A DNA stretch of 57,504 bases from Patescibacteria group bacterium (GTDB taxonomy: Bacteria > Patescibacteriota > Microgenomatia > 0-14-0-10-38-17): contig JBMNNJ010000002.1 in assembly GCA_050953885.1 (NCBI GenBank), positions 190,140-247,643 on the forward strand, given 5' to 3'. Below are positions 25,084 to 33,200 of this stretch, one piece after another. Position 1 is the stretch's first letter. The number at the start of each line of letters is the position of its first letter. The translations under genes and the position numbers were made by a program. Under the pieces are notes generated by a model. The model saw only the letters and a program-made list of their open reading frames with translations, was not told the origin of the DNA and did no database searches.

Positions 25084-25749
25084 TCAGGCTTCCAATTCCG
25101 CCGCCCTTTTTCTTCCCCCCATTAGTTTTACTAAAATCATTCCTGCCAAAAAGCCGCCTAAATGGGCAAAATAAGCCACCCCGCCTTCTTCCACCATGCC
25201 CAAGCTTCCCACGCCGGTCAAAAGTTGAGCCAAAAACCAGTAGAAAAGCATTGTCCAGGCCGGCAGGGTAGTTTGCTCATACCACCAGCCGAAAGAAAAA
25301 AGAATATCAATGCGATGTTTTGGGTATAAAAGCAGGTAGCCGCCCATCACCCCGGCAATCGCTCCGGAAGCGCCTACCTGAGGGATAGCGCTTGTCGGGT
25401 CAACAAAAATTTGGGCAAAATCAGCCGCCAAACCGCAGGCAAGATAAAAAAGAAGATAACGAAAATGGCCAAAATAATCTTCAAGATTATCGCCAAAAAT
25501 ATGCAAAAAAAGCATGTTGCCTAAAAGATGGCCCAAGCCAGCATGCAAAAACATCGAGGTAAAAAAACTTAAAAGATTCTCACCCTGAAGAACTAAGGCT
25601 GGGGTAAGGGCAAAACGGTCAAAAAAATCCTCCAAGACCGGCAGAGGGAGAGTATAGGTATAAATACAGATGGCCACATTCACCATTATCAAAAGATAAT
25701 TGATAAAGGGAAAACGGCGGGTGGGATTATGGTCGCGAAGAGGGATCAT
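25084..25749 (-). CDS. Rhomboid family intramembrane serine protease
   Basis: FLHAGLGHLLGNMLFL, GASGAIAGVMG (GxSG) and AHLGGFLAG across six TM helices. Confidence 0.8.
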   Translation of the reverse strand: MIPLRDHNPTRRFPFINYLLIMVNVAICIYTYTLPLPVLEDFFDRFALTPALVLQGENLLSFFTSMFLHAGLGHLLGNMLFLHIFGDNLEDYFGHFRYLLFYLACGLAADFAQIFVDPTSAIPQVGASGAIAGVMGGYLLLYPKHRIDILFSFGWWYEQTTLPAWTMLFYWFLAQLLTGVGSLGMVEEGGVAYFAHLGGFLAGMILVKLMGGRKRAAELEA

Positions 25750-25764
25750 AGAATTAAATTGTTA

Positions 25765-25830
25765 AAAACACGGATGAACACGAATGGGAAACGAATAAGC
25801 ACGAATTGTAGGGGAGGGTTTTCCCGCCCA
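25765..25830. repeat. Right arm of inverted repeat bracketing the rhomboid gene
   Basis: cacggatgaacacgaatgggaaacgaataagcacgaattgtaggggagggttttcccgccc. Confidence 0.8.
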
Positions 25831-25888
25831 ACCTTGCCCTTTTTCTCATTTTTTTCTAAAATAAAAACAGTTATCGTTTAATTTTATC

Positions 25889-26932
25889 ATGAAAGAGGCT
25901 CTTCTTTGGGAAGAAAAACCCCACCAAGCGGTTCGCTGTCTTGCCTGTCACCATTTTTGCCAAATTGCCCCGGGCCAAACCGGTGTTTGCGGGGTGCGGC
26001 AAAACCAAAATGGTCGGCTTTATTCTTTGGTTTATGGCCAGGCGGCCGCCATAGGTATTGATCCGGTGGAAAAAAAGCCTCTTTTCCATTTCCTGCCGGG
26101 CAGCTTGGCTTTCTCCTTCGGCACCCTCGGCTGTAATTTTTCCTGTCTTAACTGCCAAAACTGGGAAATTTCCCAACTTGCTAACCAAAAGAGGAGGGTG
26201 GAAAATTATCCCCGCCTTTTTTGGGGAGAAAAGCTAAGGCCGCCGCAAATTGTCAACCTTGCCCGCCAAAATCAGTGCCTCTCTATCGCCTACACCTATA
26301 ACGAACCGACCGTCTTTTTGGAATACGCCTTGGCAACGATGAAGCTGGCCCGCCGGGCCGGCTTAAAAAACATCTGGGTTTCCAATGGCTTTATGTCCTC
26401 AAAAACATTAGATTTAATCCTGCCTTATTTGGACGCGGCTAATATTGATATTAAATCAATCAAGGAACAGTTTTATCAAAAAGTCTGCGGCGCCAAGCTG
26501 GCACCGGTTTTGGAAAACTGCCAAAGGCTGGTTAAAGAAGAAGTTTGGCTGGAGGTAACCACCCTAGTTATTCCCACCCTCAACGATAAGATTGCTGTCT
26601 TAAATAATATTGCCGGCTTTATTAAGGAAAAATTAGGCGACGCTGTTCCTTGGCATTTAAGCGCCTTCTCGCCCGCGATTTCCTGGAAACTAAAAGACCT
26701 ACCCGCCACCCCGCCGACGACAATTAAAAAAGCCCGTCAGGAAGCTTTAAAAAAGGGCCTAAAATATGTTTACGCCGGCAACTTAGGACCATCTTCCGGC
26801 GACGATACCCTTTGCCCCGCCTGCGACCAGTTGGTGGTTAAACGCCGCGGCTACGAAATTACCCGCTTTGACCAAAACGGCCACTGCCCCAAATGCGGCC
26901 AAAAAATTGAAGGATGGTGGAGTTTCAAATGA
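25889..26932 (+). CDS. amrS: AmmeMemoRadiSam system radical SAM enzyme (AmrS)
   Basis: VRCLACHHFCQIAPGQTGVCGVRQN.NG.LYSLVYG, the radical-SAM cluster GCNFSCLNCQNWEISQ, and a C-terminal Cys4 knuckle CPACD...CPKCG. Confidence 0.8.
   Translation: MKEALLWEEKPHQAVRCLACHHFCQIAPGQTGVCGVRQNQNGRLYSLVYGQAAAIGIDPVEKKPLFHFLPGSLAFSFGTLGCNFSCLNCQNWEISQLANQKRRVENYPRLFWGEKLRPPQIVNLARQNQCLSIAYTYNEPTVFLEYALATMKLARRAGLKNIWVSNGFMSSKTLDLILPYLDAANIDIKSIKEQFYQKVCGAKLAPVLENCQRLVKEEVWLEVTTLVIPTLNDKIAVLNNIAGFIKEKLGDAVPWHLSAFSPAISWKLKDLPATPPTTIKKARQEALKKGLKYVYAGNLGPSSGDDTLCPACDQLVVKRRGYEITRFDQNGHCPKCGQKIEGWWSFK
26752..26922 (+). repeat. Direct repeat copy 1 (attL-like): functional 3' end of amrS
   Basis: Aligns with 33017-33187. 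26831-26907 is identical to 33096-33172 (77 bp). The flanks differ by scattered substitutions. Confidence 0.9.
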
Positions 26933-27043
26933 TGCTTTAGGAAAAAGTTGCTCTTTTTCTTCACTTAGGGCTTCTTACTAAAAATCTTAAACCGCTAAGA
27001 TCGTGCAATTCTGGTAAAATCGACGAGCAACAATGATATGATA

Positions 27044-27052
27044 TGATATAAT
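27044..27052 (+). promoter_or_regulatory. Possible extended -10 promoter element (TGaTATAAT) for the island cassette
   Basis: tgatataat lies 37 nt upstream of the CYTH ATG. No good -35 was seen. Confidence 0.3.
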
Positions 27053-27088
27053 GTTGCCTGACCGTTTAAGCTAACACATTTTTTGACC

Positions 27089-27667
27089 ATGCCCGATAAC
27101 TCTAAAAAACAAATCGAGATAGAATTAAGGTCTCTTTTGGACAAGAGAAAATATGTTGCCCTCAAAAAATTTTTAGATACTAACGCAAAAAGTTTAGGTA
27201 AAGATGATAAGGATGTCTATTTCTTCCTTCTGCCCGATAGAATCGTCAAGGCGGTTAAAAATATTTCTCAAAAAACAGCCAAAATCGTTATTAAACTTAA
27301 TCGCCTGGGGAGAGGAAGGAGTGACTTTGAGGAGATAGAGATCCCTATTTCGCCTCTTGATTTTGATAAGGCAGTCAAGCTTTTCTCCTCTCTTCGTTTT
27401 GATCAAATTCAAAACTCCTATCAAACAAGACAAAATTATCTTTACGAAGGGGTTGAGATTGCCTTAAAACATACCGATTCGTGGGGCTACCACATGGAGC
27501 TTGAAGTTATTATTGATGATCTTTCAAAAAAAAATGAAGCGGAGAGAAAAATATATCAAGTCGCCAATAAGTTGGGAGTAAAAATTATGACGGAAGAGGA
27601 AATCACCGAATTTGCCCAAAAAATTGACGCGCAATATAAAAAAGGTATTTATAAAAAATCAAAATGA
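27089..27667 (+). CDS. CYTH-domain protein (triphosphate tunnel metalloenzyme / class IV adenylate cyclase-like)
   Basis: N-terminal ExExK-type motif (IEIELR), alternating charged beta-strand pattern, late HMELEVI motif, ~190 aa. Confidence 0.65.
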   Translation: MPDNSKKQIEIELRSLLDKRKYVALKKFLDTNAKSLGKDDKDVYFFLLPDRIVKAVKNISQKTAKIVIKLNRLGRGRSDFEEIEIPISPLDFDKAVKLFSSLRFDQIQNSYQTRQNYLYEGVEIALKHTDSWGYHMELEVIIDDLSKKNEAERKIYQVANKLGVKIMTEEEITEFAQKIDAQYKKGIYKKSK

Positions 27668-28191
27668 GCTTAATATCTTTGGCAGAAAAAAATAATTTGC
27701 CCTCACTTCAATTAATGGACAAAGAAACTCTTGGCTGGATAAAAAGCAACAAGCCGAACTTTAGTTCCGGGCTGGCAATTAATAAATATTCCCGTGCTAT
27801 CAAAACCGACCTTCTTCGTTTTTCGCCTCCTGATTCCTGGTTCCAAGAAAAAAATCATATCAGTTCACTTCACGGCGTACGCCACATTCTTCGGGTTATA
27901 GCTAACGCTTCTTACCTTGCTCAAGAAAATAAAGTAAGCAGCCATTTAATAAACAAGCTGCTTGTTGCCGCTTCCTTACATGATTTAAGGCGAAAAAATG
28001 ATAAAGGTGATCCGGGCCATGGCCAAAGGGCGGTTGAATGGCTAAGTATTAACAAAAGTAAAGTCTGCAAACAATTTCATCTAAATTTTGACGAAAAAGA
28101 TTTTATAGATATCAAAAGCGCTATCTTACTTCATGAAGCCCCCTATGATCAATTTGATAAGAAATTCGCGTATACCTATGACGCTAAAAAG
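27664..28191 (+). pseudogene. HD-domain phosphohydrolase, 5' part (interrupted by IS)
   Basis: SSLHGVRHILRV...AASLHDLRR (H...HD) and LLHEAPYD. The frame is broken at 28192 by the IS terminal repeat. Confidence 0.75.
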
Positions 28192-29296
28192 GGTGATGTG
28201 CCAAGACATTGTATCCACTCCAAGGGCCTAGTTTTACCGAGACATCATCAAGGATAATCGGTTGTACATAACGTATGTTATCATCAATCTCTGGTAATTG
28301 CATTTTCAGATATTGGTAGGGTATTTGATAGTCTAAGGATGAGTGTTCCCGGACATTGTTGTAGTAATAAATGTAACCCAGGGCCTCATTCAAGAGATCT
28401 TTTTTGCTCTTAATCTGTAGGACCCTGGGAATGTAGAACTCTTCGTCATCGGTTCTATGGCTTCTTTCCAAATGAGCATTCTCCTCAGGATGACCTTTGT
28501 GGTTCTGGATTAATCTACAGCCAAAACCCCTGATCAGTTTTCTTAACTCTTTGACCTTCAACCAGGATCTACCCCCAAATTCCTCACCATTATCAACAGT
28601 AAAGGCAATCTCTGATTTAACCCCATGAGACCTTAACCAGGAAATAGTCCAAAGGTAAAAACACAAACCATTAGTCCAAGATTTTTCCTTGGAATAAGCA
28701 ATTAGTTTAAACCTAGAGTTAACATCCAGGGCTCCCCATTGATAGTTGGGAATATCATATTGGTTAAGATGAATAATTTGCTTTTTAGTCAGGGCTTTCT
28801 GATCCCTAATGAATTTGATATCCATTTGGACAATCTCAAAAGGTTTGGCTGAATACCAGTCAACAAACTCCCTTGGTTGTTTTCTTCTCTTGTTTGATTT
28901 TAGTTTGTAAGTAAGCCTGTCTTTATTCCTCCTTAGAATGTGCCTGATTGTTCCTGGAGGAACAAGAATCCCTTCATGTTTCTCAAGGTAGCGTGATAAT
29001 CTTTTTGGCCCCAGGTGGGTTTTGTTCTTGGCCTTAATGACTTTACCTTCTGTCTTGGCTGGTGTCTTGTTGGGCTGGTGTTTTGGTATCTTGGGTCTGT
29101 CTTTAAGATTGCCCTCTTTGCTTTTTGCCAAGATGTCATAAACCACTGTCCTGTTGACCCTAAAAACCCTGGCGGTATCAGCAATGTTGTGGCCATTAGT
29201 CTTTAGATACTCAATCACTGTTTGTCTGGCTGCTTCTGGATTAATCTTTCTTAATTCCTTGTAGTCTATCCGGATTCCATGGATTCCAGGACTCAT
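28184..29296 (-). CDS. IS transposase: N-terminal HTH + integrase-core (rve) DDE domain; IS481/IS3-superfamily-like, family not resolved
   Basis: IVQMDIKFI (D), AFTVDNGEEFGG (D) and HPEENAHLERSHRT (E) with typical spacing. The ORF reads through the left IR and stops 6-8 nt into flanking DNA. Confidence 0.85.
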   Translation of the reverse strand: MSPGIHGIRIDYKELRKINPEAARQTVIEYLKTNGHNIADTARVFRVNRTVVYDILAKSKEGNLKDRPKIPKHQPNKTPAKTEGKVIKAKNKTHLGPKRLSRYLEKHEGILVPPGTIRHILRRNKDRLTYKLKSNKRRKQPREFVDWYSAKPFEIVQMDIKFIRDQKALTKKQIIHLNQYDIPNYQWGALDVNSRFKLIAYSKEKSWTNGLCFYLWTISWLRSHGVKSEIAFTVDNGEEFGGRSWLKVKELRKLIRGFGCRLIQNHKGHPEENAHLERSHRTDDEEFYIPRVLQIKSKKDLLNEALGYIYYYNNVREHSSLDYQIPYQYLKMQLPEIDDNIRYVQPIILDDVSVKLGPWSGYNVLAHHPF

Positions 29297-29414
29297 GCTT
29301 TTTCACCCCCTTTACTACACTCTCAAAATTAACACCCACCAATTTTAACACTCTTCTTACATATTCCTCATACCCAAACCTCATGAAGTGTATAGCATGT
29401 CCTGGACACCGCAC
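28192..29414 (-). mobile_element. Insertion sequence (~1.22 kb) with rve-type DDE transposase, imperfect ~35-bp terminal inverted repeats and 5-bp target duplication
   Basis: The left end ggtgatgtgccaagacattgtatccactccaaggg matches the reverse complement of the right end, gtgcggtgtccaggacatgctatacacttcatgagg. AAAAG is present at 28187-28191 and 29415-29419. Confidence 0.75.
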
Positions 29415-29419
29415 AAAAG

Positions 29420-29650
29420 ATTATTGACTTATTAAAATCCGCCGATGCTTTAGATAGATACAGGCTACCCAAGATAAAATGGTGGATTAACGATAAGTAT
29501 TTAGCTTTATCCCCGTCTGACGACGCAAAGAAATTTGCTTATGAGTTGGTCTTAGAAAGTGAAAGTAATTTTTTAAAAACAAAAAAGAATCTCCCGTCAG
29601 TTTTGTCGGCTCTTAATTTACTAGAAAAAAAATATGGATCAAAGCAATAA
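29420..29650 (+). pseudogene. HD-domain phosphohydrolase, 3' part
   Basis: Translation: IIDLLKSADALDRYRLPKIKWWINDKYL... Removing 28192-29419 joins ...YDAKK to IIDLLKSADALDR in frame. Confidence 0.7.
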
Positions 29651-31034
29651 CCTTATTTCGCAATGGGCAGATGCACATGTTTTTTATAACATGTATTTAC
29701 ATAAACCTGCAAAAAACGCTCCTGAAATTGAGAAAGAGGAATTTTTGTGGAGGGAAAAACTAATTTCCGAATCACCAAACGAGCAGTTAATAACCCAAAA
29801 TTCTTTTTTTGAAACACTAAAAAAATCAAGCAAAATCTATTTGGCCCATATAACTTACAACCTAGACAAAATACTGGCTAACAAAAGAATTTTCCCAAGC
29901 GGCGGCTGTTTAACAGGCAGTATTTACTGTGTCCCTGTTGTCCCGGAAAACAGAAAATTAAGAGTTCATAATTTAGGCGTCTACCTTTCAGAAGTAGAAG
30001 CGCCCATGATGGCGCAAAAGATAAACAGTAAAAAGCAACCTGATGTTTTGCTTTTTGAAATTAAAAACAGCAAAAACAATCACCATAACCTTATCGGCAT
30101 TGATTATTTGCGCATGGGAGAAATACACTATTCTATTTACAAACAGCTGGAATATCTTCTTTCATACAAAGAGCGCTCTAATCTTTACACCATTGTTATC
30201 TCAAGAGTCAAACAATCACTGGATTATTTAAGCCTCTGTACGCAAACAGCAAGCCCTTTTGATAGTCTTGATGTTGATTATTTTCTAAATTGCTTTATTA
30301 ATACGATTTCGTCGTTACCCATCTTGGGCTATTTATATTTTGAAGTAATCTCGGAATATTTAATGTTGTTCCAAGACAACAATGAGGCAAAAAAATATTT
30401 TGAAAGAGGAGAACTTTATAACCCTACTTATAAAAACTTAATGTACGCCCTTCATCCTAAACTTAAGCAAAATTTTAAGTTAAACAGTTTTCAGCCTTCT
30501 ATCAAAGGCTTAATCATCTATTTAGAGCAAAGTAAAATCTTTACTAATTTTGATTCTAAACATTTTAAAGATTGGTTATGCAGGCGCTTAATATATCTTA
30601 CTAATGCGCGCTTAATTGATGGATCCGGGGGCGAGACAGACTGGCGCCGAATCTGTTGGGATTTTGATAATTTAGCCAAATATGTAAAGCCGTTGCTAGG
30701 TCATTTAATTCACCGGGAGCTTAGAAATTTTGGGCGTTACCCCAGCTTTTACTTCTACTTTGACCAAACTAAAGCCCTACAGGTTTGGAATTATTGGAAT
30801 CATATGGATATTGAAATTCCATTTAATGGTGTAATTCCCAAGGGCGAAGTGGGCATTAATCCTGCGTTCCCAAACTTAACATACAAGGTTTTTAAGTGTA
30901 AATATTATGCGGAGAATTCCGGATTTAGATATCTGGAGCCAGTAAAAGAACTAAAAATAGACATCGAGACAAAACTCATTAATCTTCGCTATTCCGGCAT
31001 GCATTCTAAGCAGAAACAAATAAAAAGGAGCTAA
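29634..31034 (+). CDS. Hypothetical 466-aa protein, no family recognised
   Basis: Long ORF in the AT-rich island, overlapping the HD gene end by 17 nt and followed 3 nt later by the next gene. No TM helices or known motifs were confidently seen. Confidence 0.55.
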   Translation: MDQSNNLISQWADAHVFYNMYLHKPAKNAPEIEKEEFLWREKLISESPNEQLITQNSFFETLKKSSKIYLAHITYNLDKILANKRIFPSGGCLTGSIYCVPVVPENRKLRVHNLGVYLSEVEAPMMAQKINSKKQPDVLLFEIKNSKNNHHNLIGIDYLRMGEIHYSIYKQLEYLLSYKERSNLYTIVISRVKQSLDYLSLCTQTASPFDSLDVDYFLNCFINTISSLPILGYLYFEVISEYLMLFQDNNEAKKYFERGELYNPTYKNLMYALHPKLKQNFKLNSFQPSIKGLIIYLEQSKIFTNFDSKHFKDWLCRRLIYLTNARLIDGSGGETDWRRICWDFDNLAKYVKPLLGHLIHRELRNFGRYPSFYFYFDQTKALQVWNYWNHMDIEIPFNGVIPKGEVGINPAFPNLTYKVFKCKYYAENSGFRYLEPVKELKIDIETKLINLRYSGMHSKQKQIKRS

Positions 31035-31037
31035 ATC

Positions 31038-31679
31038 ATGAATAATAAAGAAGGAAGGGTCTATCTGGTTGGGGGAGTAAACGGAGTAGGCAAATCAAGC
31101 CTACTACAAGAAATATCTGCCAACTATCCAGAATTTGAAGTATTTAAAGGTTCGGCAAAGTTTATGGAATGGCTAGGGTTACCCCCGGGTGATTATAAAG
31201 CTCTCCAAGAGTTGCCGGATGATTACAAAAATCTTGAAGTTTGTAAAATGATGATGCAAATTTTTAAAAGTAAGCCTCGCCCGGGAAAGACACTCCTAAT
31301 TGACGCCCATTATTTTAATTACAAACAAGGGGCTCTTATTGACGCCACCGGCGAGTGGGTTTCTTTTTTGGACGCTCTATTTGTTGTTTTAGCCCCCCCG
31401 GAAACAATTCTCCAAAGATTAGAACTTGACCAAACAACAAAAGATCGAGCAAGAGACATCCTCCCTCCTAACGCAGATTACAATAAAAAAATCGAAATGT
31501 TATATGGTTTTATTCAGGCGACAATTAATAAGGCGCAAGAGTTATCCCAAAAATACAAGATCCCTTATTTTTTAATTAATAACGGTTCTGAAGGATTCGG
31601 TCATGCGGTAGAAGAATTCTTGGGATATCATGCCGTTATCAATTCTAATATAAGTTCAAAAATAAATGACCAAAAATAA
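31038..31679 (+). CDS. P-loop nucleotide kinase resembling archaeal-type adenylate kinase (AdkA-like)
   Basis: Walker A VGGVNGVGKSS, then LLIDAHYFNYKQG...ALFVVLAPPETILQRLELDQTTKDRARD. This parallels the AdkA pattern (VAVDTH...IIVVETTGDEIL.RR..D.TR.RD). An RBS (aaaaaggag) is present. Confidence 0.6.
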   Translation: MNNKEGRVYLVGGVNGVGKSSLLQEISANYPEFEVFKGSAKFMEWLGLPPGDYKALQELPDDYKNLEVCKMMMQIFKSKPRPGKTLLIDAHYFNYKQGALIDATGEWVSFLDALFVVLAPPETILQRLELDQTTKDRARDILPPNADYNKKIEMLYGFIQATINKAQELSQKYKIPYFLINNGSEGFGHAVEEFLGYHAVINSNISSKINDQK

Positions 31680-32406
31680 TATCAAAGACATCCAAAAGCT
31701 AGAATCAATTGCCATTAACCTGCTCAACAGTGGTAATGTCACTCACGGCTTAGGTCGATCCCTGCGTGGTTTGCTTGGGGAAATTGCTGTTTATAAAAAT
31801 CACATTAATAGTCTTCCTCGGCTTAAATCTTACTTAAACACGCAAAGCTATAAAAATGTCCAAGTTGGAGGGGGAAAACATTTCTTAAAAGGTTTTATAA
31901 ATATCGATATCGTCCCCCCAGCAGATATTATTTTTGATGTAAGAGAAGGATTGCCTTTGAAAACAAATTCTACTGATTTTATTTTTTCTGAACACTTCCT
32001 CGAACATATAGATTACCCTCTATCGGTAAATAAGTTCATTAGTGAATGCTACAGAATATTAAAAAAAGAAGGAAAACTTGTTATCGGCGTTCCAGACAGC
32101 CAGTTAATAATCTCGGCATATGTGAAAAAAGATAAAAAGCTATGGGAACAAATGATTAAAAAGTGGTATTCAAACAGAAATTGCTTAGAACACTTTAATA
32201 CTTATATCGACTTGGTAAATTACCATTTTAGAGATCAGGACGATGATTTTAAATATCACCCCCATTTTTGGGCTTATGATTTTGAGAAATTGAAATCTCT
32301 CCTCACAGGCGTTGGCTTTATTAAGGTTAAAAAATGGAAATTTAATAAAGCCATCGCCAACCCCAAAAGAAAATGGGGAAGCCTCTATGTTGAAGCATTA
32401 AAATAA
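31666..32406 (+). CDS. Class I SAM-dependent methyltransferase (Methyltransf_11/23-like)
   Basis: VQVGGGKHFLKGFINIDI (motif I), DFIFSEHFLEHI, ECYRILKKEGKLVIGVPD. Confidence 0.75.
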   Translation: MTKNNIKDIQKLESIAINLLNSGNVTHGLGRSLRGLLGEIAVYKNHINSLPRLKSYLNTQSYKNVQVGGGKHFLKGFINIDIVPPADIIFDVREGLPLKTNSTDFIFSEHFLEHIDYPLSVNKFISECYRILKKEGKLVIGVPDSQLIISAYVKKDKKLWEQMIKKWYSNRNCLEHFNTYIDLVNYHFRDQDDDFKYHPHFWAYDFEKLKSLLTGVGFIKVKKWKFNKAIANPKRKWGSLYVEALK

Positions 32407-32409
32407 AAA

Positions 32410-32937
32410 ATGAAAGAAAGACAAAAAATATTTGAAGCAACGCAAATCGCCATAAAAGAACGCCTTGAGAAAACTGAAGATCAGTTGCAAGGCAATACTT
32501 TTAATATGAGGAATCTTGATATGGACGGCGACATGATGGATGATCCTCTGCTACACAGGTTAATGGCAGAACGAATACGATTAGAAGATGAGATAAGCGA
32601 ACTTAAAGGATATTTGGGAAATGAGACAGAGGTCTTGCGTCACCCAGAGCAAAATGGTTCTATCTCACTTGGGCACTTAGTGCATGTAAAAATAAGATAT
32701 CCAAATGGGGAAATGGAAGAAACGAGAGTTTCTCTCGGAAGTGCACTTGATAAAAGATATTTATGGCAAGATGAAGAAAACAACAACCCAAAACATATCT
32801 TAATCTCGCAAGATAGCCCACTTGCTCAAGCATTAATCGGAAGAAAAATTGGCGATACTGTTCTATACCAAGCCCCTGAAGGACAAGGAGAAATCATAAT
32901 TTTAGAAGTAGAAGATTCTCCGTTTCTTAAGAAATAA
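32410..32937 (+). CDS. GreA/GreB C-terminal-domain protein (Rnk / nucleoside-diphosphate-kinase-regulator-like)
   Basis: N-terminal coiled-coil-like region followed by GHLVHVKIRY...ISQDSPLAQALIGRKIGDTVLYQAPEG..EIIILEV. This matches the GreA-C fold signature (S..SP.G.AL.G...GD.v). Confidence 0.55.
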   Translation: MKERQKIFEATQIAIKERLEKTEDQLQGNTFNMRNLDMDGDMMDDPLLHRLMAERIRLEDEISELKGYLGNETEVLRHPEQNGSISLGHLVHVKIRYPNGEMEETRVSLGSALDKRYLWQDEENNNPKHILISQDSPLAQALIGRKIGDTVLYQAPEGQGEIIILEVEDSPFLKK

Positions 32938-33016
32938 AATTTGAAAGACCAAGAAGGGAACCGCTATAAGCGTCAAATACAACAACGGTTGTTCTCTTTG
33001 TTTAGGTAATTACGGC

Positions 33017-33187
33017 AAGGGGCCTCAAACATGTTTACGCCGGTAACTTGGGACCATTTTCCGGCGACGATACCCTTTGCCCCACCTGCGGTCAATTGGT
33101 GGTTAAACGCCGCGGCTACGAAATTACCCGCTTTGACCAAAACGGCCACTGCCCCAAATGCGGCCAAAAAATCGCCGGTTGGTGGGG
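33017..33187 (+). repeat. Direct repeat copy 2 (attR-like)
   Basis: See 26752-26922. The 77-bp identical core is 33096-33172. Confidence 0.9.
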
Positions 33188-33200
33188 AAAAACGCCTTAG
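33021..33200 (+). pseudogene. Displaced 3'-terminal fragment of amrS (last ~59 codons, frame intact, no start)
   Basis: In-frame translation: GLKHVYAGNLGPFSGDDTLCPTCGQLVVKRRGYEITRFDQNGHCPKCGQKIAGWWGKTP*. The live gene end reads GLKYVYAGNLGPSSGDDTLCPACDQLVVKRRGYEITRFDQNGHCPKCGQKIEGWWSFK*. Confidence 0.85.

Noticed and set aside
25871-26188. 105-aa minus-strand ORF.
   Set aside because: It is antisense to the cysteine-rich N-terminus of amrS, which has clear family motifs.
26933-27088. tRNA, integrase or att-site hairpin at the island's left border.
   Set aside because: No cloverleaf-compatible sequence (no GGTTCGA-type T-arm anywhere in the window) and no recombinase ORF. Only a weak A/T stem and a possible extended -10 element are present.
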